From assembly GCA_019116635.1 (NCBI GenBank), contig DXBG01000030.1, positions 1 through 56,014 of the forward strand: 56,014 nt of DNA. The letters run 5' to 3'. A model generated the notes under the pieces. It made no database searches and was not told the origin of the DNA. It saw nothing but the letters and a program-made list of their open reading frames with translations. A program made the translations under genes and the position numbers. The stretch is from Candidatus Blautia pullicola. Lineage in GTDB: Bacteria > Bacillota > Clostridia > Lachnospirales > Lachnospiraceae. Of this stretch, positions 27,408 to 35,012 are shown in pieces; the first letter of the stretch is position 1, and every line of letters begins with the position of its first letter.

Positions 27408-29330
27408 TCAGGACAATTCCTTTAACTGTTTTCGGTAAAATTTCAGCAGATGTTGCATATGGGCTGTGCTTTTGCTGAAGCCTCCCCGGCGGTTCCGGGC
27501 CATCCAGAGCTCATAATGGATGGGCAGCAATTTTTCAAGCTGTGTAAGCAGGCTCTGCAAATCCTCTTTCAGTACATCCTTATCTTCCCGGTGGAAGGTC
27601 AGAGAATGATAAAGCATGGAGCCGTGGCGTATCATACGGATGCTGTTTTTCATTTCTTCCAGAATGAGAGAGCCTTCCCGGCAGCCCAGCTTCAAGGAAG
27701 AAATGCGTTCCTCTAATTTATCCAGATAAGCCTGAAGGCCTTGGTAATCCAGACGGATGACAGGTTCCTTATAGGGAATGTGGTTGGTTTTGGCGATATT
27801 GGCAGACAAGGTAAGAAGTCGCTGCACCTTATTATCGAATTCTTCCAGGGTATCAAAGGTGTATTTGCTGGACATTACCGCAAAGCTCAGGGTGGTGTTG
27901 TACAGCGGAGCATGTTCATAATGATAATAATTGCCTAAATCATAAGCTGTTTTATAGGCCTGCCGGGTTTCGTCCATGTAGATGAAGCAATTGCAGAACC
28001 AGGCGGCATTGTCCTGGGAAGCCTGACTTCCACTCCAGGCGTAGAGACCTGCCAGGGCGAAGGCAGGATAACTGGAAGAAATATACTGCCAGTGGCCTAA
28101 GTCGCCCCAATCTGTCAGCAGGATACCTTTGCCTCCGTAACGGCAGGCGCAGGAAACGGCATCCTTTATGTTTTCCAACATATTGTCAGAACGTCCGGTA
28201 AGAGCGCCCCAGCTGCTGCTGCCCGGACAGAGGCAGTAATCCAGACCTGTGCTTTGCATAAGCTTGGCATGGGTTTCGAACCGGGCCTCTCCTTCATATA
28301 TCCAGTCCAGAAGCATAATATCCTTGGGGAGGGCAGACACGCTGTCCGGATTCTCCAGAACCTGGTCGCCCCACATCATCATTTTCAGCCCCTTTTTGCG
28401 GCAGTAATCGTTGATTTTCCAGACATAGTCCAGGTACAGACGGGAAGAACCCTGGTTCTGCGCCTCTTCTTTGTTTTTTCCTTTTCCCAGTTCAAAGGGT
28501 TCATCCATATTTACATTTACATAGGAGGAAGAGAAGTTTTCCAATAAGTCATCCAGCATTTGGGTGACAAAGGCAAGACTTTCCGGGTCTTTGGGGTCCA
28601 GAGTCATAGGCGGCCGCCAGTAAATATTTTCAAAAATAAAGCCGTCCTCACATTCCGCCAGATGATTCAGCTGAGGTGTTGCCAGCCACTGGTCCATATG
28701 GCCAAGGACATTCTGGTTTGGAACCAGGTCAATGAAACGGCTTTTGGCATAAGCGTCCAGTGCCTGGAATTCCTCCGGTGTCACCGGGGTATCATCTGTG
28801 AAAAGATAAGGATAATTGCTGTAAGCATAGCAGTAGCCCTCCTGATAAAATTCCACATGGTTAATGCGCATAAGAGAAAATTTATCCAGAAGAGCATACA
28901 TGGTTTCCATGGAAGGGATTTTGTTCCTTCCAATATCCACCATAATGCCTCTCAGCTCCAAAGCCGGGAAGTCAGTAATTTCCGCAAAAGGAAGCCGGGG
29001 GAAGCACTGATGGGAGAGCTGCTTCAGGGCTCCTACAGCGTAGAAAAGACCGGCTGCGCCGGCAGTGCAGATGCGAATTCCTTCCGGAGACACTGAAAGC
29101 TCATAACCCTCACGGTGCATATCCTGTTTTTCTACGGTAATAGAAAGAGAGCTTTGGGAAGCTTCGGGAGCAGAACAGCATAAGAATGCCAGGTCCTTCT
29201 CCGGAAAATAGCCTGCTGCTTTACACTCTTCTTGGATAGAAGGAGCCGTCTGCAGATGAAAACTGCCGGCAGGAGGAAGATAGCCTTCCGGAAATGACTG
29301 CTTTACAGGCTGGGGATACAAATGATACAT
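27408..29330 (-). CDS. Glycoside hydrolase family 20 (beta-N-acetylhexosaminidase-like)
   Basis: GH20b N-terminal domain; RGIMVDIGR, VPNQNVLGH, NMDE catalytic pair, MMWGD, WGDLGH. Confidence 0.85.
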   Translation of the reverse strand: MYHLYPQPVKQSFPEGYLPPAGSFHLQTAPSIQEECKAAGYFPEKDLAFLCCSAPEASQSSLSITVEKQDMHREGYELSVSPEGIRICTAGAAGLFYAVGALKQLSHQCFPRLPFAEITDFPALELRGIMVDIGRNKIPSMETMYALLDKFSLMRINHVEFYQEGYCYAYSNYPYLFTDDTPVTPEEFQALDAYAKSRFIDLVPNQNVLGHMDQWLATPQLNHLAECEDGFIFENIYWRPPMTLDPKDPESLAFVTQMLDDLLENFSSSYVNVNMDEPFELGKGKNKEEAQNQGSSRLYLDYVWKINDYCRKKGLKMMMWGDQVLENPDSVSALPKDIMLLDWIYEGEARFETHAKLMQSTGLDYCLCPGSSSWGALTGRSDNMLENIKDAVSCACRYGGKGILLTDWGDLGHWQYISSSYPAFALAGLYAWSGSQASQDNAAWFCNCFIYMDETRQAYKTAYDLGNYYHYEHAPLYNTTLSFAVMSSKYTFDTLEEFDNKVQRLLTLSANIAKTNHIPYKEPVIRLDYQGLQAYLDKLEERISSLKLGCREGSLILEEMKNSIRMIRHGSMLYHSLTFHREDKDVLKEDLQSLLTQLEKLLPIHYELWMARNRRGGFSKSTAHMQHLLKFYRKQLKELS

Positions 29331-29478
29331 AGAAATACCTCCTTACAATAAGTTTGAAATAAACATAAAATCTGACTAAAAATTATAGTTATATCATAGC
29401 ATAGCATTGGGCTTCCGTCAAAAGGGATTTTAGGACATATCATGGGGAATTTAAAGGAAAAAGACAAGAAAAAAGGGA

Positions 29479-29533
29479 TTGACCCTGTACAGTAAACAGA
29501 ATACAATGTAAGAAAATCATACAAAAAGTATGA
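29479..29533 (+). promoter_or_regulatory. SigmaA promoter and candidate operator for the DUF4127 gene
   Basis: TTGACC(29479)-17 bp-TACAAT(29502); dyad TCATAC-AAAAA-GTATGA at 29517-29533. Confidence 0.6.
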
Positions 29534-29550
29534 AATATTAGGAGGTAGAT

Positions 29551-31077
29551 ATGGGGAAAATTATTTTTCTGCCGCTGGACGAGCGGCCTTGTAACTATGT
29601 GTATCCTATGTACATAGGGAAAATCAGCGGTATGGATGTGAAAATGGTTCCTAAAAGCCTGATGGGAAATTTCAAAAAAGCGGCAGATGTGAACGCTATT
29701 TGGGAATGGACCAGGGAAAAGGCGGAAAACGGAGATATTTTAATAGTATCCATGGATTTATTTCTGTACGGGGGAATTGTGCCTTCCCGGCTTCATCAGC
29801 TCTCTTCCCAGGTATGTCGCCAGAGGCTGGAGAGGCTCAGGAGCCTGAAAAAAGAGAAGCCGGATTTAACAATATATGCTTTTCAGCTTATTACCAGGGC
29901 GCCGGCCAGAGACGGAAGCGGGGAAGAACCGGATTATTATGAGTATTACGGATACAGAATTTACCGGTACGGAGTTCTTCTGGATAAAGAAAGACTGAAC
30001 ATGATAACAGAGGAGGAAGCCGGAGAAAAGGAGCAGATAGAAGAAGAGGTTCCTTTGGAGGTAAGGGAGGACTTTCTAAGAAGGCGGGCCATAAATTATG
30101 AGAATAACAAACGTACCATTGATTTGGCGGCAGAGGGGATTATTGATTTTCTTATCATTCCCCAGGATGACTGCAGGGCTTATGGCTATGCGCCCTCGGA
30201 ACGGAGAGGCTTGGCGGCTTATGCTGCGGAGAAATCTATGTTTTCCAGGATTTATTTCTATCCGGGAGCGGACGAGGTAGGCTGTACGCTATTGGCCAGG
30301 GCCATTAACCAGACAGCAGGAAAGGCACCTTTGATTTATCCGGATTTTTCTTCTCTCAGAGGAAAATATCAAATCCCCTCCTATGAGGACAGGAGTATCG
30401 GGGAGACTGTCCAGTATCAGCTTCTGGCGGCAGGCTGCCGGATAGCGGAAACTTCCCGGGAGGCAGATGGGATTTTGCTGGTCCATCCCCCCACGGAATT
30501 TAGTCTCCGGCTGGAAAAAGAATTGATTTCCGATGAAATCTATATGGAGAGCGAGCGTAACCTGCAGGCCTTCACGGAAAGGATAAAGGAATATCTGGAG
30601 AGAGGACAGCTTTGCGGGGTGGCAGACTGCGCCATACCAAATACAGCGGACCGGGCGCTGATGCAGTTTTTGTATGAGCAGGGGCTGCTGGAACGGATTG
30701 GTGCCTATGGGGGCTGGAATACATCCTCCAATACCCTGGGAACAGTAATCGCCCATTTGACAGCTCTGTTTCATACTGACAAAGACCAGGGAAAAACTTG
30801 TGCGGAAGAATTTCGGTTTTTCCGTTATCTGGAAGACTGGGGATATATGGCTGAAGTAAGGAGAAAGGTATCGGATATGCTTCCTGAGCTTGGAGAAGGG
30901 GTTCATGTTCTGAATTTGGGAGATAAGACAGAGAAAGTGAGGGAGTTGATAGAAGAGAGACTTAAAAGCTTCCAGGAAACTTATTTTAAAACGGCTCCCT
31001 GGGATTTTGAAATAGGAATCCCCTGGAACCGGATGTTTGAAATTGAGATAAAGCTGAAGACAAAAAAGAATAGCTAA
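29551..31077 (+). CDS. DUF4127 family protein
   Basis: LPLDERPCN, D..LYGGIVPSR, PQDD, YPGADE, YGGWNTSSN..G, PWNRMFE motifs. Confidence 0.8.
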   Translation: MGKIIFLPLDERPCNYVYPMYIGKISGMDVKMVPKSLMGNFKKAADVNAIWEWTREKAENGDILIVSMDLFLYGGIVPSRLHQLSSQVCRQRLERLRSLKKEKPDLTIYAFQLITRAPARDGSGEEPDYYEYYGYRIYRYGVLLDKERLNMITEEEAGEKEQIEEEVPLEVREDFLRRRAINYENNKRTIDLAAEGIIDFLIIPQDDCRAYGYAPSERRGLAAYAAEKSMFSRIYFYPGADEVGCTLLARAINQTAGKAPLIYPDFSSLRGKYQIPSYEDRSIGETVQYQLLAAGCRIAETSREADGILLVHPPTEFSLRLEKELISDEIYMESERNLQAFTERIKEYLERGQLCGVADCAIPNTADRALMQFLYEQGLLERIGAYGGWNTSSNTLGTVIAHLTALFHTDKDQGKTCAEEFRFFRYLEDWGYMAEVRRKVSDMLPELGEGVHVLNLGDKTEKVRELIEERLKSFQETYFKTAPWDFEIGIPWNRMFEIEIKLKTKKNS

Positions 31078-31151
31078 GGGAAATTTAGGCGGCGAGTGTG
31101 ATGCGGTATATCTGAGAAAATACGGATATAAACAGCATGCCCGCCGTCAAA

Positions 31152-31238
31152 TTTTATTCCTGCCAGCAACGAGCCAAGGGGACATGCTTGCAGCGCCGCT
31201 AGATTGATGCCCCACATGCTTGTGTTGGGGTATTTGAT
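31152..31238. repeat. Short (internally deleted) relative of the 50.3-kb REP-like element
   Basis: 31152-31192 aligns to 50321-50360; 31195-31237 aligns to 50461-50503. Confidence 0.8.
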
Positions 31239-31257
31239 TCCCGACAGAAATGGTGTG

Positions 31258-31899
31258 CTATTCTTTTGAGGTACGGCTGATTTCCAGGTAATTATAAAAA
31301 GTAAATTTGCTGATGCCTAGTAATTCACAAATATGTTCCCCTGATTTCGTGATTAAAAATGCTCCTTTTTGGTCCAGATAGCGGATAAAACTGATTTTTT
31401 CTTCTTTGTTCATTTCAGATACCGGCTTACCCACTTGTTTTTGCGCTTCAGAAATCAGGTGTTTCAGCAAGGAGTTTACATCCGAAGCGAAAACCTCTTC
31501 GTCCTGAGCAGGAGAAAAATGATTGAATTGGCGAAGAAAGCCTTCAAATTGCAGAGTTTCGGTAATATCGTAATTTACGCAGATAGAGCCGATGATTTTT
31601 CCTTCGTCATCCCTAAGATAAATAGAAGAGGAGCGGAGAATTTTACCATCGCTCAAAGTGGTAACATAGTTATAACGGTCGCCGTCCACTACGGACCCAC
31701 GTAGAACCTCCAGTCCCAGATTGCTGCCGCAGCCTCCGATTTTCCGGTTAGTAATATGGCCGTTGCGGATGTCCACAATGGTACTGTTATAGTCATTGGT
31801 CAGGTCGTGAAGAACAACCTCGCATTTGGCGCCAAAATGATTGGAAATCAAAGTCAGAATCTGCTGGAGCAAGGGCATTTCATCCTGAATAGATTTCAT
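31258..31899 (-). CDS. YheO/DauR-like PAS + HTH transcriptional regulator
   Basis: CEVVLHD, NGHITNRKIG, LRSSS, ICVNYD, LDQKGAF..ISKFTFYNYL; ATG at 31899 behind GGAGG. Confidence 0.9.
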   Translation of the reverse strand: MKSIQDEMPLLQQILTLISNHFGAKCEVVLHDLTNDYNSTIVDIRNGHITNRKIGGCGSNLGLEVLRGSVVDGDRYNYVTTLSDGKILRSSSIYLRDDEGKIIGSICVNYDITETLQFEGFLRQFNHFSPAQDEEVFASDVNSLLKHLISEAQKQVGKPVSEMNKEEKISFIRYLDQKGAFLITKSGEHICELLGISKFTFYNYLEISRTSKE

Positions 31900-32012
31900 A
31901 AATAAACCTCCTTGTTCTTTTGTAACAATCCAAATTATAGCATTGGGTTTTCTATAAAACAATACGAAACAGTAATAAAATAAAGCATTTTAAAACCCTG
32001 GTAAGAGGGGTA

Positions 32013-33050
32013 TTATAAAGCTCTGCAGCTTTCTTTTTCCACAAACCTGGGAATAAGCCGGGCGGGTTTTTCTCCCGGTTTATTTTCTATATCCTGAAAT
32101 AAGCAGTCTGTCAGCAGCTTTCCGGCTTGTGCCGGGTCTCGTTCCACTCCGGTCATACGGGGAATGGAGTAGTTGCCGCCGGAAAAACGGTCGCAGCTTA
32201 CCATGGAAAAGTCTTCAGGAACTTTGTAACCCCTGTCTGCAAAGGCCCGAAGGGCTCCCATAGCCACATTGTCATTGGCGGCAATCACCGCAGTAAAAGT
32301 CCGGGTTTTCTCCAGCAGGTTTGTTGCAGCCTGGTAGCCATCTTCAGCATAATAGTCAGTCAAGACAACGTAATCCGGATTTAGGGGTAAACCATAGTCT
32401 TCCAGTAAGTTTCGGTAAGTTTGAATCCTGGTTTCCGTAATGCGCACCCCGGTATTTCCACCGATAAAGGCGATTTCCCTGTGTCCCATAGAATACAGAT
32501 AATGAAAAAGCAAGGATACACCTTCTCCTGTTTCCATATCAATAAACCTACAGGAGCAGTTTGGGACCGGGCTGCCCATAACCACTACAGGCAGATATTC
32601 CCCCAGATTCCTAAGGGCACGGATATAAGAATCTGAGGGAGAGATAAGGTCAATCTGTCCGCCCAGAACCAGAGCTCCGTCTACCCGGTGCTGAATCAGC
32701 CTTTGGAAATATTCTTCCTCTGTACAGCTGGGCCCGCCTTTTTGGAAAGAGGTATTGTAAAGAAGCAGCGAATAGCCCTTAGGGGCAGCTTCTTTCTGGA
32801 TTTCCAAAAACAGAGAATAAAAATATGGATTGGAAATATCCGGAACAACAATACCTAAAGTCATGGTACGGCCTGAAATCAGACTCCGGGCATGGGTATT
32901 TGGGGAAAAATTATATTTTTGGATAACTGCTTCAATCTGTCTCCGCTTTTTTTCAGATACAGATACCGTGCCATTTAGATAACGGGACACGGTAGCCATA
33001 GAGACATTGCTTTCTTGTGCAATCTGCTTAATTGTTATATTCGCTTTCAT
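32013..33050 (-). CDS. LacI family transcriptional regulator
   Basis: TIKQIAQESNVSMATVSRYLN HTH; PN..ARSL hinge; periplasmic-binding-fold effector domain. Confidence 0.93.
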   Translation of the reverse strand: MKANITIKQIAQESNVSMATVSRYLNGTVSVSEKKRRQIEAVIQKYNFSPNTHARSLISGRTMTLGIVVPDISNPYFYSLFLEIQKEAAPKGYSLLLYNTSFQKGGPSCTEEEYFQRLIQHRVDGALVLGGQIDLISPSDSYIRALRNLGEYLPVVVMGSPVPNCSCRFIDMETGEGVSLLFHYLYSMGHREIAFIGGNTGVRITETRIQTYRNLLEDYGLPLNPDYVVLTDYYAEDGYQAATNLLEKTRTFTAVIAANDNVAMGALRAFADRGYKVPEDFSMVSCDRFSGGNYSIPRMTGVERDPAQAGKLLTDCLFQDIENKPGEKPARLIPRFVEKESCRAL

Positions 33051-33112
33051 AGAATCACCCTGGGAAAAATTGTGACAATAGTGATTATAGCACGAAAAAA
33101 TCAATTGGGCAA

Positions 33113-33126
33113 TGAAAACGATTGCA
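33113..33126. promoter_or_regulatory. LacI/cre-type operator (auxiliary)
   Basis: TGAAAACGATTGCA. Confidence 0.6.
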
Positions 33127-33188
33127 AAAAAAAGTTATTAAACAGAATAAAAATATTAAAAAAAGTAAGAAAATGCCAAGATATTCCA

Positions 33189-33238
33189 TTGACATATTAA
33201 AAAAAGTATGATAATGTCGAAATATGAAAACGTTTTCA
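33189..33238 (+). promoter_or_regulatory. SigmaA promoter with a perfect LacI/cre-type operator
   Basis: TTGACA(33189)-17 bp-TAATGT with extended TG; palindrome TGAAAACGTTTTCA at 33225-33238. Confidence 0.75.
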
Positions 33239-33309
33239 AAAGTACGAAATTATCCTATTTTTTGACAGAAGGGAGAAAAAGCTTAGAAGAAAGCAGTAAG
33301 AGGTAAAAA

Positions 33310-34236
33310 ATGGATACATATATTGGATTGGATTATGGAGGAACGAAGCTTCTAATCGGTGAGGTGGACGGACAGGGAAGGCTTCTGGCGTCCCGCAGAT
33401 ATGATACAGGCAGAAAAACCCAAGAGGAAGCAGCAGCTTATTTAACGGAATGTCTGAGAGATTACAGGGAAAAGGAAAGCTTTCAGGGAACGCCTGTGGC
33501 TGCCGGTATTGGAATTATTGGCATCAGCCACAGGGAAAAGGGAATCTGGCATTCCATGAATCACAAAGAGGGGGCCGATATTCCTCTGGCTGCTATGGTT
33601 TCCCAAATTCTGCAGGTACCGGCGGCTATTGATAATGACGTCCGCAGCAGTACCACAGCAGAGCTGCTTTGGGGCATAGGAAAATGCAGCCGGAATTTTG
33701 TTTACATCAGCGTAGGAACCGGGCTGGCAGCGGGAATTGTGTGTGAGGGACGGATTTTGCGGGGAGCAAACCAAAATGCAGGAGAAATCGGACACAGTCT
33801 GGTGAAGGCTTCCTCTCACAGACAGTGTATCTGTGGAAAAACAGGATGCGCCGAATTATCTGCTTCAGGATTAGGTATGACGGAAAATATGAGGAGCCGG
33901 GGAGGCGGTTGCATGCCGGCCCGGGAGATTTTAGAAAAAAGCCGGCAGGGAGATTCTCTGTGCAGGGCAGTGAGAGAAGAGGCTGAGATTGTACTGGGCC
34001 AGGTCATTGAGAATCTGGTGCGCACGGTGGACCCGGATACCGTGGTGTTGGGCGGCGGCATTATGCAGGATAGTTTTTTTTATGAGGGTGTAAAAAGTCG
34101 TCTTCATCCTGCCACCATGCGGGGCGTTACAGGAGGAGTAAGACTGTCTTCTCTGCATCCGGCCAGAGCAGGGGTGCTGGGAGCGGCTGCAGTGGCAAAA
34201 GAGTATATTGGGTTAGAAAAGGAGAAAATACAATGA
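33310..34236 (+). CDS. ROK family sugar kinase
   Basis: GLDYGGT, IDNDV, GTGLAAG, AGEIGH, CICGKTGCAE motifs; no HTH. Confidence 0.9.
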   Translation: MDTYIGLDYGGTKLLIGEVDGQGRLLASRRYDTGRKTQEEAAAYLTECLRDYREKESFQGTPVAAGIGIIGISHREKGIWHSMNHKEGADIPLAAMVSQILQVPAAIDNDVRSSTTAELLWGIGKCSRNFVYISVGTGLAAGIVCEGRILRGANQNAGEIGHSLVKASSHRQCICGKTGCAELSASGLGMTENMRSRGGGCMPAREILEKSRQGDSLCRAVREEAEIVLGQVIENLVRTVDPDTVVLGGGIMQDSFFYEGVKSRLHPATMRGVTGGVRLSSLHPARAGVLGAAAVAKEYIGLEKEKIQ

Positions 34237-34961
34237 AAATTCGAATCATGGAAAATGAAAGAAAATTTGATGAGGCGGCTGCCTGGATTATCATAGGACA
34301 AATGTTAAAAAAACCGGATTCAGTAATTGGCTTATCTACAGGAAATACCACAGGAAATATGCATGCTATAGTGAGTCAGCTCTATGAGCTTCATCCTTTT
34401 GATACTTCACAGGTGACGGTTTTTAATGTGGACGAGCTGGCGGGCCTGCCCAGAAGCTATAAAGGAAGCTGTTATGCCATGATAAAAAGCCAGATTTGCC
34501 AGCCTCTTCATATTAAGGAGGAGAATTTTATCATGCCCAGGACCATGGACATTGATTTTGAAAAAGAATGTCTTTGGTTTGAGGAAGAACTGAAGAAACG
34601 GGGCGGGGCTGACCTTCAGATGTTAGGAATCGGCTGGAACGGCCATATCGGTATTAACCAGCCGGGAACGCCCTTCGGGAGTAATACATGGGTTTCTCCT
34701 ATGGACGAACGATTTGAGGCAAAGGTAAGGAGTGAGGTGGATGTACCGGAGGATTATCCCTTAGGAGGCATTACTTTAGGTATCAAAACTATCATGCAGA
34801 CCAGAGAAATTGTACTGATAGCCAAAGGAGCGGAAAAAGCGGAAATCATAAAGAAAGCAGTACAGGGACCGGTTACCGAGGCCATACCTGCTTCTGTTCT
34901 CCAGCTGCATCCTAATTGCCAGGTGCTTCTGGACCGTGATGCGGCCCGGCTGCTGTCATAA
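34233..34961 (+). CDS. Glucosamine-6-phosphate deaminase/isomerase family protein (NagB-like variant)
   Basis: GLSTGNT, FNVDE, LGIGWNGHIGINQP, PASVLQLHP motifs. Confidence 0.85.
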   Translation: MKIRIMENERKFDEAAAWIIIGQMLKKPDSVIGLSTGNTTGNMHAIVSQLYELHPFDTSQVTVFNVDELAGLPRSYKGSCYAMIKSQICQPLHIKEENFIMPRTMDIDFEKECLWFEEELKKRGGADLQMLGIGWNGHIGINQPGTPFGSNTWVSPMDERFEAKVRSEVDVPEDYPLGGITLGIKTIMQTREIVLIAKGAEKAEIIKKAVQGPVTEAIPASVLQLHPNCQVLLDRDAARLLS

Positions 34962-35012
34962 TTGAACAGGCAGTATTGTGTCGTCAGCCCGGGGAAAGGA
35001 AGAGTTTAAAGG

